DNA of 64,000 nt, taken from the NCBI RefSeq assembly GCF_006345805.1, contig NC_043012.1:37324001-37388000 (forward strand), written 5' to 3'. The notes below the pieces were generated by a model. That model saw only the letters and a program-made list of their open reading frames with translations. It had not been told where the DNA came from and did not search any database. Position numbers and translations under genes: made by a program. Positions 1-10,746 of this stretch are shown piece after piece. The stretch is from Octopus sinensis (taxonomy: Eukaryota). The first letter of the stretch is position 1. The number at the start of each line of letters is the position of its first letter.

Positions 1-100
1 ATAAACTATATTTTAATTTTGCTGCCAAACACACACACACACCTGCACACACACACACACACATGCATACCCACATAAACATCTCTCTCTATCTCTCCCT

Positions 101-154
<54 letters not shown>

Positions 155-347
155 GTATATAGATATATATAATATATATATATATATATATGTATGTATA
201 TGTATGTATATAGATATATATGTATGTATATAGATATATATGTATGTATATGTATGTATATAGATATCTATATATGTATAGATATCTGTATAGATATATG
301 TATAGATATGTATAGATATCTATGTATGGACAAGCACTTATATATAT

Positions 348-381
<34 letters not shown>
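1..381. repeat. Compound (CA)n/(CT)n/(TA)n/(TATG)n microsatellite
   Basis: Dinucleotide runs visible directly, plus an approximately 20-bp ATATATGTATGTATATAGAT unit at about 190-330. Confidence 0.9.
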
Positions 382-384
<3 letters not shown>

Positions 385-781
385 TTCACCTAAACATACC
401 CGCATAGTGTACAGAGAAGAAAAAATGTTTCAATTGAAACCAAGCCCCACCATATTGGTGACTGAGAGAGTATAAAACATTTCAAAGGTGTACCCCTATT
501 TTAGTTCAGTGCTGTTGTAATGACCCAGACCCTTACCAACCTGCTGACAATTAATGAGATCATCTGTCAGATACTAGATAATGTATATCTGTGTGTGTGT
601 GTGTGTGCAGAGGGAGAGAGTGGACTGGCTTGAATTGTTGACTAGTCTTGCCTTTACACTGTGTTTCATGGGTTTTTCTTCTCTGTAAACAGATAGATGA
701 CAAGTTTCTTTTGGTACTAAAATACAGGCTTCTTTCACAACTAGAATGGGTAGAGATTCAGTTTTTATAATACTTATTTCT

Positions 782-1006
782 TTACTACCCACAAGGGGCT
801 AAACATAGAGGGGACAAACAAGGACAGACAAAGGGATTAAGTCGATTACATCGATCCCGGTGTGTAACTGGTACTTACTTAATCGACCCCCCGAAAGGAT
901 GAAAGGTAGTCAACCTTGGCGGAATTTGAACTCAGAACCTAACGGCAGACGAAATACCACTAAGCATTTTGCCCAGCATACTAATGATTCTGCCAGGTCA
1001 CCGCCC
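782..1006 (-). mobile_element. tRNA-derived SINE, family B (Meta-domain-like core)
   Basis: Minus strand GGCGGTGACCTGGCAGAATC...TTCTGAGTTCAAATTCCGCC (A/B-box-like), then CCTTTCATCCTTTCGGGG.GTCGAT..AAGTACCAG. Homologous to copies at 4211, 5731, 12864, 15951 and 18051. Confidence 0.75.
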
Positions 1007-1290
1007 GGTTTTTATAATACAATGTTAACTGTAGTTTGTTGTTATGTACTGTATAATGAGTTGTGGTACTGACTGTGTATAGCTTGTGACACTGACTGTA
1101 TAGTACACCAGTTTTCAAGAAGCATTGCCTGATACATACACACACGTATATATGGTTGAGCGGACAAATGAAATAAAAAGGCACTCAACACATTTATTTG
1201 GAGTTGCATATTTTATTATTTAAAGCAGTTTTGAAGTTTTAAGCCAGATGGAACTGGATCAAACTGCTTTAAAATGTAATATTGATAAGA

Positions 1291-1321
<31 letters not shown>

Positions 1322-1410
1322 TATGCATAAGTTAATAATACAGGTACAAACCATCAGTCTATGTTATTAATTTTTATAACTGGCAGTGTTTTGGTTTTAA
1401 TTTTATATAT

Positions 1411-1452
<42 letters not shown>

Positions 1453-1455
<3 letters not shown>

Positions 1456-1710
1456 TCATCATCATCATCATCATCGTTTAGCGTCCGTTTTCCATACTAG
1501 CATGGGTTGGACGGTTCAACTGGGGTCTGTGAAGCCGGAAGGCTTCATCAGGCCTAGTCAGATCTGGCAGTGTTTCTATGGCTGGATGCCCTTCCTAACG
1601 CCAACCACTCCGTGAGTGTAGTGGGTGCTTTTTACGTGCCACCCGCACAGATGCCAGACAGAGCTGGCAAACGGCCACGAACGGATGGTGCTTTTTATGT
1701 GCCACCGGCA
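1453..1710 (-). mobile_element. Retroposon 3' part with GGAAGGGCATCCAGCC (V-domain-like) motif and (ATG)n tail, family C
   Basis: Highly similar to 53661-53932. The tail ...AAACGATGATGATG lies on the minus strand and the copy is inserted in (TA)n. Confidence 0.75.
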
Positions 1711-2077
1711 TATATATTAATAAAAGGAATTCCAACCTTGTCTGATTTTGACGTTTTATTTACAATCTTATAATGATATATTATAAGATAATATATTATA
1801 ATTGGATAAAATGAAATAATAGAATGTTAAATGTTCATTCTGATTGAACTAGTACTTTCATGCATTAAATTCTGCAATCTTCAAGTTCATGTAGTAGTGG
1901 TGACAGTCATGCTTCACAATTTTTGACTGTGATATATATATATATATCATCATATATATATATATAAAATTAAAACCAAAACATTGTCAGTTATAAAAAT
2001 TAATAAAACAGACTGATGGTTTGTACTTGTATTATATATATATATGTCGTATATATGTATATATATATATGTGTGTG

Positions 2078-2258
2078 TATGTGTGTCTGTGTTTGTCCCC
2101 CTAGCATTGCTTGACAACCGATGCTGGTGTGTTTACGTCCCCGTCACTTAGCGATTCGGCAAAAGAGACTGATAGAATAAGTCCCGGGGTTGATTTGCTC
2201 GACTAAAGGCAGTGCTCCAGCATGGCCACAGTCAAATGACTGAAACAAGTAAAAGAGT
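2078..2258 (+). mobile_element. SINE family A, 3' half
   Basis: TTGCTTGACAACCGATGCTGGTGTGTTTACGTCCCC...TAAAGGCAGTGCTCCAGCATGGCCACAGTCAAATGACTGAAACAAGTAAAAG, shared with 30600-30832, 24255-24570 and 28283-28670. Confidence 0.75.
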
Positions 2259-2589
2259 GAATGAGTATATATATATATTGTTGCCATAATGCTAAAGTGT
2301 CGAAAGTCGAAAATGTTGCTTTTTCAGAAAATGAAAAAAAATCATTTCACCATTCCATAGTACTACATTTTGACAATTTTTGATATCTTGGCATTTGAAG
2401 CAGCTGGAGATACGATAGTTTGACTAAAAGAACTGGCTATTGCAAACAAAAATAAATATTGAAAATAACACATTTGCCCAAATTTGGATATACGACAGTT
2501 TAACATAATACCAATAATATATGTATATCTATATCTATCTATATATATATATAAAATATATATATCACACACATCACTGCCATTCCCTA

Positions 2590-2890
2590 AGTTGCAACGA
2601 CGAGGGTACCAGTTGATCCGATCAGTAGAGCAGTCTGCTCATGAATTTAATGTCAAGTGGCTGAGTCTCCACAGACATGCTCACCCTTAACATAGTTCTC
2701 GGGAAGATTCAGCATGACAGATCAAATATGGCAGAGCTGATCCTTTGAAACACACCTCATTTTCGTCAGCTGATTGGACTGGAGCACCGTGAAATAAAGT
2801 GTCCAGCTCAAGGATGCAGTGTGGTGCCAGGAATCAAACTCGTGATCCTACAATTGTGAACTGAACACCCTAACCATTAAACCATGTGCC
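2590..2890 (-). mobile_element. tRNA-derived SINE, family D (carries the empty TTAA site for the MITE at 12418)
   Basis: Minus-strand head GGCACATGGTTTAATGGTTAGGG...GAGTTTGATTCC, core CACTTTATTTCACGGTGCTCCAGTCCAATCAGCTG, and a tail homologous to 12360-12760. Confidence 0.65.
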
Positions 2891-3374
2891 TTGGCTTTTG
2901 GTTTTGAAAGAAATTATCAAAGGCCCTGCTTGTAACACTGACTCTATATCAATAGTACAGATAAGGAATTACTGTGATATTCACTTTTATGTAACTGTTG
3001 AGGTGGCAGTAAATTTATATAGTTAGTTGTGAGACTAACTGTATTTAGGACACTAAATATATATAGAACTGTAGTTGTAACACTAATTTTATAGAACTAG
3101 TTGTGACTCTATAACTGGAGTTGTGGCACAAACATATAATATATATATATAATATATTTATACAAATTGAGATAGGGGTTGTAAATGCAACCCTCCATGG
3201 GATAACATATATCCAATATACTGCTAGTGAAGTACCCAACAAAGTTAATACATAAATGTTAAGAACTGCGATGCAATTAATTCATTTACTGTATTATAAT
3301 GGGCAAAGGTAAAATGATTTACCACAAATTACTAATACAGGGGAGAGTCATTTTTTTTTGTGCCTTATAAAATG

Positions 3375-3407
<33 letters not shown>

Positions 3408-3654
3408 TTATAATAATAATAATATTAGGGAATAAATCCAAACTTACAGGGAAAAATTAGATTTAGGATTAAATCCAATTTTATAGTATAAATATGTTAT
3501 ATTATATTATATTAAATTAGAGATAAAACCACTATTAGGCAAATCAAACAGTGAAAAACATAAGCCAATACATAAAATTAATTTAAAAATATAAAAGTTA
3601 AAAGTAAAAAATTATTTAAATAATTTAAACTTATAAATTTTATATATATATACA

Positions 3655-3908
3655 AATATATATATATATATGTATGTATGTATATTTTAATATTTATATA
3701 TTATTTTATTAATTAATTAATTAATTTATTTATTTTTTAAATTTAAAAATTTTTTATTTATTTATTTTTTATATATCAAAAGTATTAAAAGTTTAAACTT
3801 TAAATACTTTTGATATATAAAAAAATAAATAAATAAATTAATTAATTAATTAATAAATGAAATATTATATAAATATAAAAATATACATACATACATATAT
3901 ATATATAT
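3655..3908. repeat. AT-rich palindrome centred at 3794/3795 (AAAGTTT|AAACTTT)
   Basis: Arms TATATCAAAAGTATT / AATACTTTTGATATA continue outward through (TTAA)n to mirrored ATGTATGTATG / CATACATACAT. Confidence 0.75.
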
Positions 3909-4179
3909 GAATAAGCAAAAATTGTTTGAGCAGACAGCCATGTGGAAGTGGCTTTGAATATTGCTTATATACATAACCATTGTTATACGCAGCAGTTTTT
4001 GCCACAACTACAACTTAACAAGTGACACATCCTGTGGACATTTGAAAGGTGAGGTTTTGTATCATGGAACTGGGATGGTCTCGGGTTAGTAGTGGAAGGG
4101 TTAATACAACAATCATCATCCTCATTATTATTATTATTATTACTATTATTATTATTATTATTATTAATATTATTATTAC

Positions 4180-4210
<31 letters not shown>

Positions 4211-4440
4211 AAGGCAGTGAGCTGGCAAAATTGTTAGCACCCCGAGCAAAGTGCTTGGCAACATTTTGTCTGCCTTTACATTCTGTGTTCAAATCTCGCC
4301 GAGGTTGACTTTGCCTTTCATCCTTTCAGTATTGATAAATTAAGTACCTGTTGCGTACTGGGGTCGATGTAATCAACTTAACCCCCCCCCCACACACAAT
4401 TTCAATCCTTGTGCCTTTAGTAGAAAGGATTATTATTATT
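4211..4440 (+). mobile_element. SINE family B (Meta-domain-like), near full length, within (ATT)n
   Basis: AAGGCAGTGAGCTGGCAAAATTG head, GTTCAAATC B-box, GTTGACTTTGCCTTTCATCCTTTC core, TATT tail. Confidence 0.75.
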
Positions 4441-4737
4441 ATCAATTTTTCTTTTTGCCATGCTTATGTTGAAATATATGATGGCCTTTGTTCCAGCTAA
4501 TTTTGAAAATAGGGAAGAATTTAGGAAGAATTTTGTTGTTATGACGATGGTGTTCTGAACATTAACTAACATGAAGGTTTTAATGTAGCCCACTTTAAAG
4601 TAGGAAGTTTATATAACAGACCAACAGCAGTTTCAGGCTAGTTGGTATGAAAAGAGTCAGCTATTCAGAATAAACATATATATAATTAATACCCCAAACA
4701 ACGAAAGAAAAAAAAACCACAGCAAGAAAAAGAAAAA

Positions 4738-4920
4738 AACAATGCAAGGATATGGTACATGCAAAGTATTAAAAGACACTCTGGGAAGGAAAGAAAGGGT
4801 GTTTTACATTTTGAGCAGAGCTCTTCTTCAGAAAGAGGAGACAGGGGAAAGTCCAAGAGGAAAGGAATATGGGGGAAAAATATTGCCAACAATCCACATG
4901 TAGTTACATGCGAACACATG
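4738..4920 (-). mobile_element. Dispersed repeat family E carrying a minimal hammerhead-like core
   Basis: Colinear with 58482-58650: AACAATGC.AGGA..TGG.AC ... GAGC.GAGCTCTTC.TC.GAAA ... AAAAAT..CCAAC. Confidence 0.6.
4801..4834 (-). ncRNA. Degenerate minimal hammerhead ribozyme, family 2
   Basis: Minus: TTT CTGAAGA A GAGC-TCT-GCTC AAAA TG TA AAA. CUGANGA and stem II are intact; GAAACG has become AAAATG, consistent with CpG decay. Confidence 0.5.
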
Positions 4921-5401
4921 TATGTAATATCCAAATGATGCTCTTGAAATTAATTGTGAAAGCTATTTTAAGAATTCCTGTCCAGAGTTAGGAATTAGAA
5001 TACAAAACAAGCAGTTGGTCCTCATATATTCCCAAATTTGACCAATAATTCCTGCAGAATATTCTGATGCTTTGTCTCATTATGACTAACGATTAAAACT
5101 TCAAATTCTTGATTCCTAAAACCATTTCCCCATCGCCTTTTCCTTCTGTATTCTAGCTGTTCAATTCCCACAATTATTTATCCTCATCAATATTTTAATT
5201 TAGTTTTCAATTAATTTCATTAAACACATTTCTCTGTGAAGATGTAATTATGGGATCCTGTTCGTTGTTTTTTTTCTTTTTTTCTAAATTATGGGAGAAA
5301 TACTAATATGTCTACTGTTTGCTTCTTAAGGATTAAGGGAAACTAGAAGAGAGTTTAAGGGTCTGTCTCTTGTTTAAGGCTTTAGTTATGTACATCTTTT
5401 T

Positions 5402-5700
5402 TCTTTGACTTGTTTCAGCCATTAGACTGTGGCCATGCTGGGGCATCACCTTGAAGAATTTTTAGTCAAATGAATCAATCTCAATATTTATTCTTTTAGT
5501 AATCCTGGCACTTATTCTGCCAATCTCATTTGCCAAACCACTAAGTAGTTAGGATGTAAACACACTAATACCAGCTGTCAAGTGGTGATGGGGGACAAAG
5601 ACACACACACACACTGATATATGAAAGGCTTCTTTCAGTTTCCCTGTACCAAATCCACTCACAAGGCTTTAGTTGGCCTGAGGCCATAGTAGAAGGCATC
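5402..5700 (-). mobile_element. SINE family A, 3' half and centre
   Basis: Reverse complement of the family A tail (CTTGTTTCAGCCATTAGACTGTGGCCATGCTGGGGCA), a central (CA)n and CTTCTTTCAGTTTCC...CCAAATCCACTCACAAGGCTT. Confidence 0.7.
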
Positions 5701-5730
5701 TCGTTCAGAGATATATTATTATTATTATTA

Positions 5731-5945
5731 GGCATTGAGTGGGCAGAATGTTTAGCGGTATTTTGAAATGCTCAGTGACATTTTGTTTGCCTTTAGGTTC
5801 TGAGTTCAAATTCCCCACTGAATTTGGCTTTGCCTTTCATCCTTTTGGGGTCAATAAAATAAGGACCAGTGAAACGCTGGGGTTTGATGTAATCGATTAG
5901 TCCCCTCCCCCAAAATTGCTGCCCTTGTTGCAAAATTTGAAACCA
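5731..5945 (+). mobile_element. SINE family B
   Basis: GTTCTGAGTTCAAATTCC, TTTGCCTTTCATCCTTTTGGGGTCAATAAAATAAG, CCCCTCCCCCAAAATTGCTGCCCTTG. Confidence 0.7.
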
Positions 5946-5951
5946 TCATTA

Positions 5952-6046
5952 CTGCCACCACCACTGCCACCGCCACCACCACCACCACCACCACTGGCAC
6001 CACCACCACCGCCACCGCCACCACCACCACCACCACCACCACCACT
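5952..6046. repeat. (CCA/CCG)n trinucleotide microsatellite
   Basis: Visible directly; explains the spurious poly-Pro and poly-Val ORFs. Confidence 0.9.
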
Positions 6047-6543
6047 AATAATAATTCCATTCGTAAACAGCACTTTTGGAATGGTAATTCCTAGTTTTTA
6101 CATCCTGGTTAGAAAAGTTACAACAGTGAAGTAGCATGGAGCTGCAACAGAAAGGGATTGTTAAGAAGAGTTCTTCAGACGTGAGGCTGGTGGGGGTGGA
6201 TAGCTCTCAAGACGAAATTATTCCGGTTTGTGTCTTTCACACTGAGATAACTCAATAATAATAATGATGATGATGATGATGATACTCTTAATTTCATCTT
6301 TCAGTTTTGTTAAAATACATTGTTCTGGTTTACTTTCGTGTTTTTCCCTTTTTCATTTGTAGTTTTCTAAAAATATTGTGGTTTTATGAATCATATTGAA
6401 CCGTTTGTTTATTTGTGCCCAAACGATATCACCTATTACTGATTGTTTGTTTTGACAATACGGATATGTGTGTGTGTGTGTGTATAAATATATATACGTA
6501 CACAGACACATATCTTCATACATATATATATATATACATAGAT

Positions 6544-6699
6544 GCAGGCGTGGCTGTGTGGTAAGAAGTTTGCTTCCCAACCACATGGGTCTGGGTTCAA
6601 TTTCACTGTGTACACCTTGGGCTGACCAATGCCTTGTGAGTGTATTTGGTGGATGGAGACTGAAAGAAGCCTGATGTATGTATGTATGTATGTATGTAC
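6544..6699 (+). mobile_element. SINE family A, 5' tRNA-like head with CORE-like segment
   Basis: GCAGGCGTGGCTGTGTGGTAAGAAG (A-box), GGGTTCAATTTC (B-box), CACCTTGGGC, then GGAGACTGAAAGAAGCC and (GTAT)n. Similar heads at 10114, 13858 (-), 20655 and 41040. Confidence 0.7.
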
Positions 6700-7449
6700 G
6701 TTAATAGATTAGATCAGAGGCAGAAAATGGGATTCACAAGATTCTTTATTTATGGAAAACCAGACATTAAAATGATGATGATGATGATGTTAATTGTATA
6801 CACATGAAAATTGGGTTAATGCAAAAAATAAAATGGTAAAAATGAAGTCCTATTATGGGGCAGCTTCACCAAACACTTTTGTTAATTTTATTGGAATAAA
6901 GACTCCGCACCTATGTTTTGCAGCCTTCATCATCATCATTGAATGTCAGTTTTCGATTCTGGTTCAACAGGAACTAAATGAGTCAGAGAACAGTGCCAAG
7001 CTCCAATGTCTGCTTTGGCAAGATTTCTACAGTTGGATGCCCCTCCTAAAACCAACCGCTTTCACAGAGTGTATTGGGTGCTTTTTGTTTTTTCTTTTGT
7101 GACACTGGCACTGGGGAGGTTGCCAAGTAATTTGCGATTCAAAGTAAGAGAAGGAAAAAGCTCCCTTCAGCTGAGTGGGAAAGCATTTGAAAGGCACAAG
7201 CGGCTCTTTGTGGGGTGTTGAGGGCTAACATGTGATAGAAGGGATAAGCACATATTCCATGTTATATGATGTTAGGTGTGAGTGGTTGGAAGGAAGATAA
7301 AGATGATGGTTGCAGAGTGTATTGGGTAGCTTTTTAGATGGCATCAGCACCAGTGACTTACAAAATAGTTTTGTTTGTAAAAAGAAACAGAAAATATTAA
7401 AAAATTACCTGAATAAAAATTAAGTAGTTTATTAATCCAGTGTTTGGAT

Positions 7450-7675
7450 CCCTTTTGATACCAGCCTGGCTGAAGACAGCTCTGGCTTTGTAGTACAAAT
7501 ATCTTGTTTTCATAAGTTCTGAATTAAAATGCTCCACCAAAACTTAGTCACAATTTATGTTCCTGACCCTGGCTTAATGATAACTAAGTTATTTTACTAA
7601 ATTCTTTGTTATATTTATAATTAATTGAAAGAAACACAGAGCATCTCAACAGAAATATGGTAACAAAAGGGTTAA
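7450..7675 (-). mobile_element. piggyBac-type MITE, family P1 (copy 1 of a tandem pair)
   Basis: CCCTTTTGATACC ... GGTAACAAAAGGG-TTAA; same family as 12418-12647. Confidence 0.8.
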
Positions 7676-7687
7676 CAAATGGTTAAT

Positions 7688-7918
7688 TTAATCCTTTTGA
7701 TATCAACCTGGCTGAAACCACCTCTGACTCTGTAGTACAAATGTCTTGTTTTCATAAGTTTTGAATTAAAATCTTCCACCAAACCTTAGTCACAATTTAT
7801 GTTCCTAACACTAACTTAACAATAACTAAGTTATTTTAATAAATTCTTTGTTATATTTAAAATTAATTGAAAGAAACACAGAGCATCTCAAAATAAATAC
7901 AGTAACGAAAAGGGTTAA
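7688..7918 (-). mobile_element. piggyBac-type MITE, family P1 (copy 2 of a tandem pair)
   Basis: TTAA-TCCTTTTGATATC ... GTAACGAAAAGGG-TTAA. Confidence 0.8.
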
Positions 7919-8231
7919 TTTTGAGAACCATTTTAATAATTTATTTTACATGTAACTATTTTCTTTTTTTTATATATTTAAAATAACACCGGGGCTGCAA
8001 ATTTTTAGGATATATGTATAAAGAATAATGCTTAAGTGAATTAAAGTGTTTTTTCTATCCATACATCTTATTTTATTGTAATTATTTCCACCTAATGACC
8101 TCATATACTTGTTTACAACATGTGGGGTTAATATGTTATCTCTGTCAATATGATCCCTGTGTAGTCAGATATAACATGTTATTTACATTATTTACATTTG
8201 ACGGATATTTGTCCTCATCTTGTTTGTTGTT

Positions 8232-8277
8232 AACACAACCTTTCGGCTGATATACCCTTCAGCCTTCATCATGTGTC
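8232..8277 (-). ncRNA. Degenerate minimal hammerhead ribozyme, family 1
   Basis: Minus: GACAC ATGATGA A GGCTG-AAGGGTATAT-CAGCC GAAA GG TT GTGTT. Stems I and II are present; C3 is changed to A. Confidence 0.6.
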
Positions 8278-8351
8278 TTGGGGAAATTTCAAACCTGGGT
8301 TCTCATTCCTAAGGTATTTTTTGATGTTATTATTATTATTATTATTATTGT

Positions 8352-8427
8352 TCAGGTCACTGCTTGGAATTGAACTCAGAATCTTGGGGTTAGTAGCCCG
8401 CGCTCTTAACCACTATGCCATATGTCC
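8352..8427 (-). other. tRNA-like segment (Pol III A/B boxes) inside the Penelope 3' region; not a functional tRNA
   Basis: GGACATA TGGCATAGTGG TTAAGAGC GCGGG CT-ACT-AA CCCCA AGATT CTGAGTTCAATTCCAAG: D-arm, a CU-NNN-AA anticodon-type loop and a T-arm-like segment, with imperfect stems. Confidence 0.65.
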
Positions 8428-10113
8428 GTGGGCAATTATGGAGTGAATTTTATACCACAGCTGCACATGATGGAATACACGTCATCTTTGGTCATACTCT
8501 CTTCTGTTGGTGGTTTTACTCGAAGGAGATATTTGTGATGTGTTTTAGGGTTTATAAATCTGATATTTTTCTATCCTTCCTTAATACCGGTTCCTATATG
8601 CTACTCATATCTCTACTCGGTCTGCTTAGGAGGTTGTTGTGTCCTAGCATATGTGCTGCTTCTTTAAGTTTTCGTATTTTCCAGTGGTGTTCTCTGTCTA
8701 TTATTTTAACATCATCCCACAAGGGGAGGTGGTCTCCATTTTTCCATACATGATCAGCAATACCTGATTTATCAATATCTCCTTGAGTCACAGCTTAGCG
8801 ATGTTCATCTACCCTTATTTTAAGTGAGTGGCATGTTTCACCTTTGTATAACATATTGACATTTGATGTTGAAGACATTGAACAGAATTGTAAAAATCCA
8901 AGAGCTCCTACATATAAATTGGGACCATTTTTAATGTAGATTCTATCCTTCTTGGACACTTTCTGTGATTAAATATTCGCTTGTATCAATCACATGAACT
9001 TTGGTACTTTTCTGCAGGATGTAAATGGAATAGGATTTTGGGTTTATTGGATATGTTTCTCATATAGCCTTCTCTTAGCTTTCTCAATCAGTGTATTTCA
9101 ACAGAAATATGGTAACAAAAGGCTTAAAGTGATCTAAATGGAAACCTTTCTTATTTATGTTCCAAATACCAGTTTAATAATGACAAAGTTATTTTATTAA
9201 ATTCTTCATTATTTTGAAAATTAATTGAAGCTAAGACTGTGTATTTCTGCAGAAGTATTGTAACAAAGAGTTAAATGTTTTTTCCTTTTTTAAAGATTCG
9301 ATGTGCTGTAGTTTTACATCTATTAAGCACATATGATAAATATCTAATCAGATCTATTTAATTTAATGGAAGAAACATTAAATTTTTCAATAATTTGTGA
9401 ATAGCCTTTCTTTTTTCTTCTTCATTTACCATCTTTTTAAGCACTACCATTTACTCATAGATTGTCAGTTCTTTTTAAAGAATATTCTCTCTTCCATAAT
9501 TGGGGAAACTGTGACAAGATGTACTTTAAATTCTTTTGAAGCTACAGTTATTGTACTAAGCATCAATTTACCATTTTTAGACTATTGTAAGGAACGCTGT
9601 AACAACACTTTAAGTGCCATTTGTCATTTTGGGTTTTGTCTTTGCTGTTCCAAAATTTCCATTCTTGTCTGATATTTTCTGCTAAAATATATAATCAGGT
9701 ACAAGAATGAAAATTTCCAAATTTTTTTCTTTCATTTACTTTAAGACATCTCACATTATATGAGAAGAATTCTCTCTCAGAGTTAAACATAACACCGTGA
9801 TGTTGTTGCTAAGAGATATAAGCTTAATTCTGAAGAAGTGTTGCTACTAATCAAAAGGAAAATATGCAGATGTAATTAATATGATGGGATAGAGGGTGTG
9901 ATTTCTTTTTTTAATTGAAATTTTAGGCATTTTTAGAAAATGGTACGACAGCCAGAACCATTTAACTGATTTAATTCCTCTCTTGGTAGATATTTTGGTT
10001 AAATCACTTATTGATGATTCCTGTACTTAAAGAATTGTTAATGACAATATTCAAGCTTCCCACTAATTAACCAATATTTGTTAATTTGTATAACTTTATG
10101 ATTAATATTAATA

Positions 10114-10208
10114 GGTGTAAGCATGGCTGTGTGGTAAGAAGTTTGCTTCCCAACCACATGGTTCTGGGTTCAGTCCCACTGCGTGGCACTTTGAATAAGT
10201 GTCTTCTC
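10114..10208 (+). mobile_element. SINE family A head fragment
   Basis: GCATGGCTGTGTGGTAAGAAGTTTGCTTCCCAACCACATGGTTCTGGGTTCAGTCCCACTGCGTGGCAC. Confidence 0.7.
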
Positions 10209-10705
10209 CTGGAGCTCCTGGAGGGCTGTTGGATTATTTGACTTCATCCACACTTTGGCAGATTTTGCTGTTCATCCTGCAGAGTGTCCAGAAATGACCT
10301 CCACCAAAAAGCTTGATGGGGTTGCTGGGCTAGTTTGATATATAAATTGTGTTGCCCTCACTTGGTTATCGTGCACAGGTCTCTGGTTATTACACTTCTG
10401 GCCCAACATGCCTCTGTACATGTGTGTAAGTATATATGTATAATATGTATATATATATATAAATATGTTTCAAAAAAAAAATAGAAACTACACGTGGAAA
10501 AGATATGGGGAAAGTAAGAAGAAAAAATGTGAAAATGCGCATTAAATATAAAAAAAATAATGGCTTTTTTATGAAGAGTAGCAATAAATAAATACAATTA
10601 GATGAACTGAGGTAGAATTAAGAGGAATAAAAGTCATTATTATGAACTGTTAAAGAGATTCAAAGTCAAACTGGTATCGCCATTGCTGTTCACTGGCTTT
10701 GAATG

Positions 10706-10746
<41 letters not shown>

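Larger units (their letters stand above)
8181..8846 (-). mobile_element. 5'-truncated Penelope-like element (GIY-YIG C-terminus plus 3' region)
   Basis: Minus strand YKGETCHSLKIRVDEHR*AVTQGDIDKSGIADHVW...WDDVKIIDREHHWKIRKLKEAAH is a Penelope-type GIY-YIG. Flanking direct repeats TATAACATGTT (8170-8180) and TATAACATATT (8847-8857). Confidence 0.85.

Noticed and set aside
6-475. Long IYIY/CVCV/THTH ORFs here and at 26722-27981, 51889-52201 and 61963-62497
   Set aside because: Translations of (TA)n/(CA)n microsatellites with no coding signal.
407-690. Inverted pair GTGTACAGAGAAGAAAAA (407-424) versus TTTTTCTTCTCTGTAAAC (673-690)
   Set aside because: Only about 18 bp, A-rich, with no TSD or extended arms; cannot support an element.
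1528-1553. Minus-strand CTGATGAAGCCTTCCGGC, resembling a hammerhead start
   Set aside because: Followed by TTCA rather than GAAA and absent from the sister copy at 53740.
5916-6134. Poly-proline ORF, and the Gly/Asp/Asn-rich ORFs at 44148-44469
   Set aside because: Trinucleotide microsatellite mosaics with no splice context or domain.
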